In this document: piece by piece, positions 24,265 to 36,298 of the stretch
Numbering within the stretch: the first letter of the stretch is position 1
Layout of the letters: every line of letters starts with the position of its first letter
Source: Hormiphora californensis
Lineage: Eukaryota > Animalia > Ctenophora
Assembly (NCBI GenBank): GCA_020137815.1
Contig: CM035350.1
Coordinates: forward strand, 9,982,001 to 10,046,000
DNA length: 64,000 nucleotides
Reading direction: 5' to 3'
Translations under genes and position numbers: made by a program
The notes under the pieces: generated by a model
The model's database searches: none
Told to the model about the DNA's origin: nothing
What the model saw: only the letters and a program-made list of their open reading frames with translations

Positions 24265-25402
24265 TCAGTCTAAACATGAGAAGATCCCTTCTTCCTTTTC
24301 CTCTCTAGTCATTGCATCAATATCGATCTCACCAGGCCCTAATCTGGGTGAGGTGGTCTGTCTCGTGATAAGGTGAAGCGCTATCGTCTCAAACAACTCC
24401 CTCACACCCTCTCCAGTCTTACTGCTCGTTCGAAACATCCCCTTAGCACCTGCAAAAAGGGGTGATGCTGATTCTCAAGACTCTTAGATCAGGTCGGTGA
24501 CCGGTGCCGCCAGATAGATTCTCTGGTAAAATGAGCCCTTGTTGCCCCGGGTTACCTATTTCTGATTTGAGATGGGTTGCCTCCTCTCGGGTAGCTTCCT
24601 CCAGCACCCCAGCGTGGTCCAACAGGTCCACTTTAGTGGCAACTAGGTACACACTGCACTGTGGGGCATGCTTCTTCAGCTCCCTGGCCCAGTATCCTGC
24701 CCGCTGGAGGGAATCCTCATCTACCACCTCGTAACACAGGATAGCCGCCTGAGAGTGGGGATTTGTATACAATTGGGTATTGTTGGCAATTCAACGATTC
24801 AGATGACCCCAAATCATTGTTGTGTTTCCCACCTGTGCATCTCGGTAGTAGAGCTTTGTCATTGAGTCGAATTTCTCACTTCCACTCGTGTCCCAAATGT
24901 TCAGTTGTATCTTCTCTTCCTCGGTAAACGAGATTGTCTTAGAAGTGTAGGCAGCACCTGAACAGTAATGTCAAGATCTGTCTAGATACTAGACGGGTTT
25001 AGAGGGCCCCGGTTTAGAAGTCATCACTCCTGCAGGGTACAACTTAGTGTACAAATGTACACTGGAAGGTTGACTTGGAAGGTTAACCTGCTCAGGCAGG
25101 GTATTATAAATTATTAGTACCTGTCTGAGCAATTCAACCTTCCATTGTGAATGTAAACACTAAGTTCTACCCATGTTGTACATGATATACACAAGCACAC
25201 ACTTACCAGAGGCATACAATTACTAGAGGCATAAAGCTGCCCGGGGGGGGGGGGGGGGGGGGCACCTACCGATGGTATTGTATGTGTTATTCTCGTAGTT
25301 GCCTGTGTTCCATCGAATTATAAGGGTCGTCTTCCCCACATTACTCGCCCCCAAGAGAATGACTTTGCGAGTCAGTGGCTCATGCTTCTTCTTACCAAAC
25401 AT
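24265..25402 (-). CDS. RAB24: Rab GTPase, RAB24-like, 4 exons
   Basis: KVILLGASNVGKT, YNTIGAAY, IWDTSGSEKFDSMTKLYYR, AAILCYE, CSVYLVATKVD, TSSKTGEGV; Ser in G3 (DTxGSE) is RAB24-like. Confidence 0.8.
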
Positions 25403-26130
25403 GATAACGAGCTGCTTGAAGCAGTGCTTCAGTTGTATCTATAAGTGAAGTGTGGCTATTGTTTAGGCCAGCAAGGCACAGTTTGTTCAAGAATGTATAC
25501 AATTGCATGCAACAGCACATTATCATGATACTGACAGTAAACACACAACTGATGCAGTTGTAAAGTAAGGGGTTTACTCGCTCTGTATCCTGCTGCTATA
25601 ACATGAGTAACAAGCATACATTGTGATTGTATACTGTATAGTTCCATATTGTAAAAGTAGTATACAGTACATGAAGTTCTGCACTGACAATTACAAGGAC
25701 TATGATTCAGAACTCCAGAAAACAAGGCCAAGCCGTACTAGTACTGGGAATTGTTTTATACAATTACATGAATCATATAAACACAAGGATCACTGTCAGA
25801 GCATTGGCCTGACCCTAGAACTGTGGTCAGAGAATTGGTCTGACAGAAGGATCACTGTCAGAGCATTGGCCTGACCCTATTCTCAGGAGAACTGTGGCCA
25901 GAGCATTGGCCTGGCAGAAGGATCAAGTCTTGGCAAACTAGAATTAGAAAGTGATGTGCTTTCACTTATCCGCAATTTGGTTCTGACGGTCGTGAAATGC
26001 TTTCTTAATTCTTGTTATCTCTCTTCCCATCTCTCTCCCTCTCTTTAATTCTGAAGATGATACATTTTTTGGCATTCATGTTATTGTTCTGGACAAGATT
26101 ATTGCCTTCGAAGAATGGCAGTGGCATGGT

Positions 26131-26256
<126 letters not shown>

Positions 26257-26452
26257 GGGGAAGAATGATAGAATTGGTGGCCGGAAATCAGTGAATTCAC
26301 ACCCCATGGGAAGTATATCTCAGTAACACAATCGGTGCAAGTTAGCCAGACCGGAAAAATATGATGGACCCTGGTACGTCTGGATGGACCCTGGTACGTC
26401 TGGAGACATCAGAGAGGCCGAGTTTTCAAATGTATTTGCCAATGCCAATATA

Positions 26453-27446
26453 CTAGGTCGTTCCAGAAATAACTTCGTGTCGAGATATCTTGGGATCTTT
26501 GAGAGATAGAGACTTCTACCTAGTTTTATCTTGTTCATTGGCCGATTTTCTTTCTGGAAACGTGTTCTGAATTTTATACGGCAATCTTAAGTGCCCAGAA
26601 ATTGGTAATGTGATACCGGAAGTCATTCTGCCGCTGAACGGGGTTCCCAGAGTTTTTTTAAACGCCGCTAGAAAAGAGCTGGTACAGATTTTTGACTTTC
26701 TATGGTGGTCAATCGATAGCCCATCGTCTAAGGATTAGATATATATGCGATTTGGGTCTCGACGCGTTGACTAAAAACCTCTAGGACAGTAAATGTAACA
26801 TGAAAACTTGAAAAATTGCCAAATTTGACCTCAATTTTTGGCCTGTTTTGGGGGTATGTACAAAAACGTCAGTTACTCACTGTCTGGCGCCGCGACCCAT
26901 CTGAGCGCACTGTCAAATTGGGGTCTGGCGCCGCCAGACAGGTTACTCACTTTTATATGTCAACAAATCAAATAATTGGCTTCACTAAGGCATAGAACTT
27001 ACTTAGAACTATCTTTTACTGCAAAGTTTTTGATTATAAGCCACTCCTATAAAACCTGAAGGGACCCGGAAGTGAAATTTTATAATTTTTACCAAACTTT
27101 TTTGGAGGCCCATTGCTCAGCCGAGAATAAAGCTACGATCTTCTATTACATCTTAAACGAAAGATAATTGTCTAATGAACCAGCTTAATGCAACAAAACA
27201 TCCCACAGATGCAATTTTTAAGAAGTACAGCAGTTTCAGCACTATGCGCGTTTTTCCCGTTCAGCGGCAGTTTGAGTTAAATGTGTTTCCGGGTTCGCTG
27301 AGAGCCACCCCTGATAAAAAATTTCAAAATTATTACTGTTGTGAGTAGCCAAGAGTTCAAATAACACGCTACAGAAGGTTGTTTATGAATATCTTCAATA
27401 TTTCTTGAAAATATCGGGACACGAAATTATTTCTGGAACGCCCTAA
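26453..27446. mobile_element. Non-autonomous Tc1/mariner-type element, probably nested in an older element with TGGACCCTGGTACGT inverted motifs (about 26365 and 27550)
   Basis: About 45-bp imperfect TIR (C/T)TAGG.CGTTCCAGAAATAA.TTCGTGTC, flanked by TA on both sides. Confidence 0.65.
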
Positions 27447-27822
27447 TATATGTCGCATAGTACTTTAGTTGGCAATTGGCGGAAACTGCACCACCAGGAG
27501 AAGTTCTCGTTAGAGCAGGGGACCAGAGTAAACAATACCATGTGTACCACGTACCAGGGTCCAGGGTCCAATACTTTGAAACGAAATTACACAGGTTGTT
27601 AACAAAATGTGTTTGGAACAAAAATTAAAAATATTTCATAAACAATTTAAAACTGATTTTGTGCCACATCACATACAAAAGAATGTGCCTCTCTCAAATA
27701 AATACACCCCTCACTGCTAAAAATTGCGGCTGAAAAGTGAAAACCCCTGATATGATATAATGCTTTTTCAAACCCTCTCCCACTCTATCTTGTGTAGAGT
27801 CTAATGAGATAGTTCATGTTGC

Positions 27823-30192
27823 TCATTTCGAATCTGTAGCAAAGATTCCCTCTCTGCTCTTTATGGTTCGTGTTATCATTGCCGATAGGTGCCTCCCCGG
27901 ACCGACCTCCCAGCACTCTAAATCTGATCCGTAGTCGCTAGAAATGTTTTCTATCAGTCCCTGCCATCGAACCTGGGAGTAGTTTATGGGTGTTAACTGT
28001 TAGGGCCGTGTTAGGCCGGTAATATTGAAACAATTTCTTGAACTATAAAGTTGTAACTAGTAGGATAGAATCTCCACCCTAATCGTTACTCACCGGTAGC
28101 AGGAGTTGTTTGCTAAAAAGGTGGCTGATTTGTTCAGGTTCGGTGTGTGCTTGCCCTGTAACGTTACAGTACACAGGAACATGGGGCACGGCCATTGGGG
28201 TACCAACTGAAATGTTATTGGGGGTATTAAGGAACATATTGAGGTGATCATGACCTAGTGGAAGGTTCATTGTGGAGCATGGAACTATAGGACAACTTAC
28301 CCATAACGCGATGGAAGTGCTACTGATGCTGTTGACATTAGAGGGCTGTGGAATGCCCCCGCCACATTAATTCGTTTAGTTTTCACTCTTCTCTCCCTCG
28401 CCATCTCTACCACTCTCTGTAGGGTATCATCAGTTCCTGAGACGGCTACTGTGTTGGGCCAGAGGTAGTTCCCAATCACAGCAACCCCTCCTGTATCACT
28501 CTCTGCTTCAAGTAATAACTTGGATAACTGTGCGGAGAAGGAGATGTTAGTAATACGTAGCAAGGGGGGCGTTAGTTGTACATAGCAGGGGGTGTTAGCG
28601 GTTGTTTGGCACATGAACACCCCGTTATTTTGGTAACTGCGGTGGAGGGGGCCAAAACAAATAGAACACCCTGTATACCCTGTATCAACACAAACTACAC
28701 GTGTATTATACCTCTTGTGGGGGTAGTCCGATAACTGTTAACATCCCAGATGGAGGGCTATGTGAAGCATCATGCATCGCCTTGGCTCTAACTCTAACAA
28801 TACTGAACGCTAGGGGGACAGGGGTACATAGTTAGCAGCTGGTAGTCACACCGACAGTGAGTGAACAATGAATATTGGGGGTGATTAAGAGGAGTGGTTA
28901 CCATGGTTACGAAATGGTTACCATAGTTACACAACTCTAAACCTACCATCTTCAACAGTGAGAGCTCCACTGAAAGCCAGGGCTGTCAGCTCGCCCACAC
29001 TGAACCCAGCCGTGGCTACACAACGCTTCAGAACCTGGAGGGTGGAGGGGTTAGAAACACTGTAGTGTCACAGTAATTGGGAGGAGGAAGTGGGAGGCAG
29101 GAGGAATGTGTTTTAAATGGGTTGTGGGTCACGTGTTTTAAAGTCAATCAATCAATCAATCAATCATAACACCGCTCGGTGGCGGGGTGCCGCTTTATTA
29201 CTGGGCAAAATAATAATACAGTCGGACCCCGATTTAGGGACCCCCGATTTAGGGACACCCCGATTTAGGGACAGGATTTTTTTCCCCCAAAAATTTTTTG
29301 AATTTTTTTTGTGAAATTTTTTGTGAAATTTTTTTGAAAAATTTTCAAAAAGATACCAGCCACGTCCGAATCGTGCTTCGAATCAGTGAATCCCATCGCA
29401 CGCCCCGCCGCCAACCAGAAGTTTCGGAACGAACCGATACGTGATCCCCATGCGGCCATTGAATCACAAGTTCACCAAGCGTCAAAATTTCGATTCGATG
29501 GGGATCACTTTTCGATTCGTTCCGAACCGTCCAATTAGCAGCAGGACACGCGACAAGATGCACCGACTCAAAACACGACTCGGACGTGGCTGGTATACGT
29601 TTAAAAAATTTTACAACTTTTTTGCAAAATTTTACAGTACGATTGTCAATGCTTTGATCGGTGCTCCCCATAAATTTTGAGAGAAAAAGTTATTTTGAAA
29701 TTTTCATACTTCCTAACCCGGTTAGGGTGCCCCGATTCGGCATGGTATCACGTATCGGTTCGTTTTGATATATTTTTATATTTTCCTATTTCTAATCAGA
29801 AATGATCATGTCATCAATATATGAATATTGCATATATAACAGTTAGAGGTGTCTTTAGTCTTAATAATATAGCATGTTGGGCATAAAATAGGTTTTTAAG
29901 GGTCAAATATGGCTCACCCCGATTTAGTGGACACCCCGATTTAGTGGACAAGACCCTTTCCCCCGAGGCTGTCCCTAAATCGGGGTCCGACTGTATTTAA
30001 TAATGTATATATAAAAATATAAAATATATAAAAATATAAAATAAGTTTGTGAACACGGCAACTTTGAGGTGGGGTGGAGATCACATTTCATTGGCTTGCT
30101 GTCTGGTTTGTTTGTGGAGATAAGGAGAGATGAGGCACAAGAGGGGGAGACAAGTTAGGGAGAGATGAGAGAAGCACTTTGAGAGAGAAAGG

Positions 30193-30269
<77 letters not shown>

Positions 30270-31132
30270 GAGAAATAGGTAGGGAGAGAAATAGGTAGGG
30301 AGAGACAGGTAGATACAGGGAGAGAGATTATAAAGGGATAGGGCCGAAGGATAGGAGATGTTGGCAGTGAAAGTAGTAGAGATAGTCAAGATAGCTGAGA
30401 TGGTCATTTGATTATTTCCATTGAGAAATTTGTTGGTGACCACTCGTCGGTCTCGTTGCTATAGCTATGTGGGAGGCTTTGTAAAGTAAGTAGATATCTA
30501 GTTAGTAAATTTTTAAAGGGGTTAAAGAAGTAGTCCTTGAGATGGCGTTGTGATGTTTTTTTATTATTATTATCTGTGTTGAGGGTGGCATTTGCACATG
30601 GCACGATATGATTATACAGAATAGGGCCTATGTAAGCAGCCTGTGGCGCTTACCTCAGGTTTTTCAGTGGCGCTTACCTCAGGTTTTTCAGCTTTAAGCC
30701 ACTCTAAAGCTGCTAATGATGTACAGAGGACAGCTGGTTGGCAATAGTATGTTAGTTTTAGGATCTTTTCAGGTCCCTCCAGACATAACTTTAGGAGATC
30801 ATAGCCCAAAACAGAGCGGGCAGTTTTGAAAATCTCTCTAGCTCCCGGGATATCCAGATATTTTCTTGGCATTCCTACATACTGGGCGCCTTGACCTGGG
30901 CATAGGATTCTTGGTAAAAACTCGGTTTACATCAAGCCTTGTGTAACTGTAATGTGTGGTTTGTTTGTATAACCCCGAACCCGGCCCGTTTGTAAGATAG
31001 TTTCACGGTTCACCCTCACGGCTGAGTCATACCTGGAAACAGTATAGCCACTGGTTTCTCTGTCTCGCTAGATAACGCCCTTCTAGCACACCCTCTCACA
31101 GGAAGTGCCACCGCCGACCTGAACAGTGCCAT
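27823..31132 (-). CDS. MCAT: Mitochondrial malonyl-CoA:ACP transacylase; 3' end approximate
   Basis: Arg-rich presequence MALFRSAV..., LFPGQGAQYVGM, LGYDLLKLCLEGP, CQPAV, catalytic GFSVGE, VAGAFHSPLM, VYCNVT, PVRW, EVGPG; one apparent +1 indel near 28312. Confidence 0.92.
29144..30644 (-). mobile_element. 5'-truncated copy of the right-edge LINE in MCAT intron 2
   Basis: Near-identical to 58743-59470, including the (TTGA)n tail, but interrupted by a MITE. Confidence 0.93.
29219..29993. mobile_element. Tc1/mariner/pogo-type MITE, 23-bp TIR CAGTCGGACCCCGATTTAGGGAC, TA TSD
   Basis: Perfect TIRs; the empty site is visible in the paralogous LINE copy at about 58812. Confidence 0.93.
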
Positions 31133-31844
31133 TTGCTAGAAAGAGAGGGAGTCACGTGAGGAAGAATGACGCCACATTCACTGAATCAGAGACCCCGCGC
31201 GGCATTCTGCGCGTTGATCCGCGCCAACACTTCAGCATGGGAGGGTTGGCGCGTTACAGACTTGTTTTTCTGGATCAGCAGATCAGGGCTTTCTTGGAAA
31301 AACTGCTGTGGGGGGGGGGGGGGGGGTGGATGGCTGCTGTATGGGGCAAGGATGGATATTTCCATGATTGTGATATGTTAGAGATAGAGAGGAATCGTGC
31401 ATGTATAATGTTTACATAACCACACTGCTTAGATGGGATTTTGAACACCATTTTGCACAATTGGCTTGTGTGTAATATTTCTTCTAAAGTTGAGGCTATG
31501 TGCGTGGGTTACACTCACACACTTCTGCACACGTGTATTACTTGTGTGTAAATTGAGGTATGTACCAGAAAAAGCAAAAAATGATACCCTGGTTAGAGGT
31601 ATTATATGGGGGCAGGAAGTTGCTCGAACCCTCTCTCACAGGGGTGACTGGTGAGCGGGAGGGTTAGTTCATGACAAGGGTAGGGAACTGGACGACTTCA
31701 TGGTTTATAAGGGGGGAGGGTCATAAATTACACAAATCGAAGGACACATTAACACAATCAAAAAGAGGTCTCACTAAAGTTCTGTAGAAACAAAACTCAA
31801 CTATTATAAAAGGGATATCGATTAAAATCTGGGAAGATAGTCCA

Positions 31845-33143
31845 TCACCACTGTTTGTTGAGGACAAAGAACCCAATACCGGCTATCACAGCAACCACCA
31901 CTCCAGCTAGTACACCAGTAGGAACACTGAAAGAGAAGGGGACATGCTACAAGGCTGCACAATGGGCTTCCTATGAAGCTGCTTGTTGATATAATACAAG
32001 GAGAGAAGCGATATACTGCTTTACTTGTTGATATAATACTTACAGGAACAAGAAAGAGTTTGGAAGTGCTCAGAACAATAAACATGCAAATAATGCTGTT
32101 CTTTTTTGAAGCACTCAAATCAAACAATTTTATTTTTTGGTCTGTAAAACTTAGAATCTACAAAGCACAACTAATCATTAGTAACTTCACAGTAACTAAT
32201 TATTTATTACGAGATTACACACCCGGATTCGCCACTGTCGGCCATTTTCTGAAAGAAAGAAGAGGGTTAGTTTCATGGAGGATTCATGTAATTCAATATT
32301 TTACGAAATCTAATTTTATTGGATATCAAACATTGGGAGATCCAATTTCAAATCTAGAATTTATGACTGTGCCCCACTCCCCATCCCCAACTGCTGGACC
32401 AATTTGGATTAGGCAGTGTCCCACTCCCCCAATAATACTGTGCGGTACAGTCTGTGCCCAAACTCACCGCTGCTTTCTGTGTACAATCGTCCTCATGAAG
32501 ATCCCCGATATAATACTGACTAAGCAAGTCCCGTGCATCAAGTGAGTGGCCTACATCTTCAAAAGCATATGTGGCCTCTGTACCTGCATGCTCCAATAAC
32601 ACTTCCTCTCCACCAGGATGCTGAGAGGAGAAGATATAACATGGGTTAATACGAACCGAGTTAATAAGCTGTCTTTGTTTCTGAAAACAACTTGAAATAT
32701 TAATTCCTCTCCAACAAACCCCTTACATCCCCCTGTCGGGTTTTATCTCTCCCAAGTAAAACACAACTTGTAATACCTAAGCCGGGAGGGGCCGGGAGTG
32801 AATATGAACATGATAATACAGTTTGCAAATACTCGACAGGGTGACTTGTTCAGACTCACATATCCAAATGATCAACTAAAGCAGGGTATTGCTCCTCAAA
32901 ATGTCAAACTGTACCTATTCCCAAATGTATTTACCAGTTCCAACTAGTATCCAACTATAATATCTAACATACCTCGTTCAAGAACTTGGTGATATCGTAC
33001 ACTTTGTTATGGATTGCCATCCACATATCGTCAGGGGAATTGTGCTCTTTCACTTCCTCCAGTCTGAAAATCTTGCCACTGCTCTTCTGACTGTCCATTG
33101 TAACATCAAGGTTCTTAACAAAGGAATCTTGCTGGGCGGCCAT
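31845..33143 (-). CDS. CYB5: Cytochrome b5, tail-anchored, 4 exons
   Basis: [45 protein letters not shown]...YYIGDL; C-terminal [23 protein letters not shown]. Confidence 0.95.
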
Positions 33144-33327
33144 GACTGTGTTTTGAGGCTATGGAGGGAGCGTGTTATAACATGGCGGTACCGTTCTGAG
33201 ATGAAATACTCCGTTCAACTCGTCAGTCTCCACTCCTACCCCAGTGTTCATAAACATTTAATATTTTGCTCATTCCATCAGATGAAATTTACGAATTAGC
33301 CATTACGAAATTTGAATAGAGGCTTAA

Positions 33328-33607
33328 CCCTTTGAGGACCACAGGCCATATATGACCCATTGCACTAAAGACTGATTTCCCAGCTTCAGGATTAACTTTA
33401 GAGCCCAAACTAAAGCCTAAACGATAGTTTAGACATTTCTCTACCTAAAAATCCAAGTTTCATGCGCAATCATTGATGTTAAGATTTAGATAATTGGGTC
33501 CAAATGATGTTCATTTTGGTCATTTTTTAACTTTTGATGCCATTTCTTTCTGTCTCCACAAAAAATTAGAAAATTCTGTTCGGCCAATCGTTATGGTCCT
33601 CAAAGGG
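33328..33607. mobile_element. piggyBac-type MITE
   Basis: TTAA|CCCTTTGAGGACCA ... TGGTCCTCAAAGGG|TTAA. Confidence 0.88.
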
Positions 33608-33959
33608 TTAAAACGTTCGACAGTCGCCCACACCAGGAAATTTTAGGAGATACCAACCAGTGCCCACGAAATTCCCGGAATCTCCTGCTACAGACATTTT
33701 TTAGCAGGAACGAAATACAAATACTAGCTTCTGGATTTTGCTCTTAAAAGATCACGTCAAACTAATGATCGACGCTGTACCCGCTTGCTGCCAAAAAAAG
33801 CGTCATCGAGGGACGGGGATACCAAGTAAAACCAGATCAAACTTTGAAAAAACTGAAAACGGCCATCTTGTTTTTTGAAAAGTTTGGAGCTGAGTTTTGA
33901 AATGGATGGCGCGGCTCCTAAGCTTTAAATCGTAGCGCGCGATCGTTCAGCCAAATTAT

Positions 33960-34232
33960 TTCGGTTCGTCATGAGCACCTTTGGCGGCATGGGAGATGAG
34001 TTTGAGAAATTCCTCAAGAAGTTATCGAAGAGGGTTTCAGACAAGACCAAGGAACCCTATGCTGAAGTTATCAGCCACTTCAGAACAAGGCTGAGATTCG
34101 GACTTTTGAGGGCCTGTCTGATCGCCCTCAGAGGGAACAGGAGGAAGATCGTGCCCATCAATATGCACGAAGTTGAACTTTTAACGTAAAATGATGAGAT
34201 TTTAGTTACTATTTATTTATTTATTTATTTAT
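33960..34232 (+). mobile_element. 5'-truncated 3' fragment of a CRE-like RLE non-LTR retrotransposon with (TTTA)n tail
   Basis: STFGGMG.E..KFLKKL...S.K..EPY.EV....RTRL.F.LLRA.LI.LRG resembles the CRE-clade C-terminus; simple-repeat tail follows the stop. Confidence 0.6.
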
Positions 34233-34658
34233 GTTTATAAGTCGCATGGGACGTGCGTGGTGTACCAGGAGTGGTGGATTGTGAAGCCACTCTTGTTGTG
34301 TCCCTCTCCCACCTTCTCCGTGTGCCAACACAACACTATACTGGTACACCCGCACAGTCGTGTTCCATTTTTTCACTTTCGGTTCGTGAAAAAAATTCGG
34401 TTCGTGAAAAAATTTCTGTTGAGATTTCTGAAATGTTCTGTCTCTCCAGTCTTCACCTTTACTTGAAAAGCGCTGCCTTATCCCTATCGGGGCCAGCAGC
34501 GTTTGCCAAGTCTTCACCTTGAAAAGCGCTGCCTTATTAATCCTGCCAACTCGCTACTCCCATAACATTAGCTAAAGGGTAGTCATTCAAACTTTTCAAC
34601 ACTACTTTAAACAAATTAATTTGAGGCGGCACCCTCCCTCAAATTTCCCGTGTAGACA

Positions 34659-36227
34659 ATGTCAAACACCAAAGTGGAGGGCATCGATAGCCCAAAGGAT
34701 CCTGAAACCAAGCCGGCGCCAAAATCAGCCGATAAGCCGATCTCCAAGAAAGAAATGGAGGACCGAGCCGCAGCTGTGATCGTCAAACTGGTATCGTTGT
34801 CTGCCCAAACCCACCCGCTCGCTCAAAAAACGCTCCTAGCCTACAAATTTGGTGCGAGTATAACAACCAATATCACCAACCTGGGTAAATCCTCCCGCCC
34901 TGAAGCTTTGGAGGCCGCGGCCTTCCTGGGTATAATACAAGATGCCGATATCTCTAGCTCTGGTGGTAAGAGACCGGCCAAAAATAGGCAAACCTTGAGT
35001 CACCGGATCATCAAGAAGATAGAAAGCCTGTTCCCGGCTCGGTGTACTGACTGTCCCGCCTTATACCAACCCGTTTTTGAAGAGACACCCATCTTCACAT
35101 GCTGGTCATGTTACCGTCACTCCCATGACTGTGAAGTTATCAGTGAGCTCGGAGAGGCCATCTCAAAAATTGGAGGAAGCAATGGCTTTAAATGGCTCTG
35201 CCTGGAATGTGCAGAAAAAACAAGTCTTTCACTCAGAAAGTCACTGACCCTCTACGAAATAGGACGAGACCCCCCAGAAGATCATAAAGATGAAAAGAAT
35301 GATCCAGCTGGAGAATATTCACAATCCGACACCATCGACCTCTCCCAGATTGATGCCTCTCAACAAGTGGAGAAAGAAGGGGAACCAAAACCAGTGGAGA
35401 AAAAAGAGGAACCCCCCTTTGAAAGAATCTCCAAGCCATGTAGTTTCTTCCGCAAAGGAAATTGTCGACACGGTCCAGACGGGACCAAGGAAGTAGACGG
35501 ACAGACCTGTCGATATGAACACAAAGCTCCAGGAATCAACCCTACCCAACCACCAGCCGGAGCCGTGGGCCAGCCTACCGAAACTGACTGTAGGGTGTTT
35601 GTTCAGTATGGACAATGTGAGCACGGAATCAATGGCAAAATCAAAAGAGGTGGAAAGGTATGCCCAGGAAGACATCCTAAAATTTGCAGAAAGCTTAGGA
35701 AGGGAGCGTACGGGAAAAACGGATGCAAAAAAGGATCACAATGCGAGTTCCTTCACCCAAAACTTTGCAGAGGATCTGAATCTAAAGAGAAGGTCTGCCC
35801 AAACCCCACCACATGTAAGTTCTTTCACACAGAAGGAACTCGGCTCGGAACACGACCAGTGGCACCTACTACTGGAAGGGAAACAACTACACAGAGGAGC
35901 GAGGACAATAGCCCCCGTCCCCATACCCACCCCCATCCCTATACCGATGCACTGAACCACACCCCGGAGGGACCGGATTCCTCCGAAACATCGGTTTTTC
36001 TGAAATCCCTGGTAAAGGAAATGAAGGAAGGGTTCCTATATCAGGGTCAACAGATTCAACAGCTGATGAAAGCCCTAATCCAAAGGGATACAAGCTCACC
36101 GGTCAAACCCTTCACCATGGACCACTCAGGGATTATGCCAGACTACATGATGCTACCAACAGAGAGAATAGGAGAGCTACAGACACTCCATCCTCTGACT
36201 CACCGATCTCAAAGGTCCTTCTACTAA
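34659..36227 (+). CDS. LINE ORF1 with PHD-like finger and four CCCH-type zinc fingers
   Basis: CTDC..CWSC...H.C...WLCLEC followed by four C-x-C-x-C-x3-H motifs. Confidence 0.8.
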   Translation: MSNTKVEGIDSPKDPETKPAPKSADKPISKKEMEDRAAAVIVKLVSLSAQTHPLAQKTLLAYKFGASITTNITNLGKSSRPEALEAAAFLGIIQDADISSSGGKRPAKNRQTLSHRIIKKIESLFPARCTDCPALYQPVFEETPIFTCWSCYRHSHDCEVISELGEAISKIGGSNGFKWLCLECAEKTSLSLRKSLTLYEIGRDPPEDHKDEKNDPAGEYSQSDTIDLSQIDASQQVEKEGEPKPVEKKEEPPFERISKPCSFFRKGNCRHGPDGTKEVDGQTCRYEHKAPGINPTQPPAGAVGQPTETDCRVFVQYGQCEHGINGKIKRGGKVCPGRHPKICRKLRKGAYGKNGCKKGSQCEFLHPKLCRGSESKEKVCPNPTTCKFFHTEGTRLGTRPVAPTTGRETTTQRSEDNSPRPHTHPHPYTDALNHTPEGPDSSETSVFLKSLVKEMKEGFLYQGQQIQQLMKALIQRDTSSPVKPFTMDHSGIMPDYMMLPTERIGELQTLHPLTHRSQRSFY

Positions 36228-36298
36228 ACTGCAGGTCGATCTCACCAGCAGCTGGTGGGGAGACGAAATGGAAACTCCCCTACATCCAGGAAACACTG

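Noticed and set aside
25785-25925. Short CAGAGCATTGGCCTGAC repeats upstream of RAB24, with a similar copy near 23010
   Set aside because: Too short and degenerate to assign a function or family
31126-31460. Upstream extension of MCAT or a separate ORF
   Set aside because: The ATG at 31132 already gives a mitochondrial presequence; the other frames show no recognisable motifs
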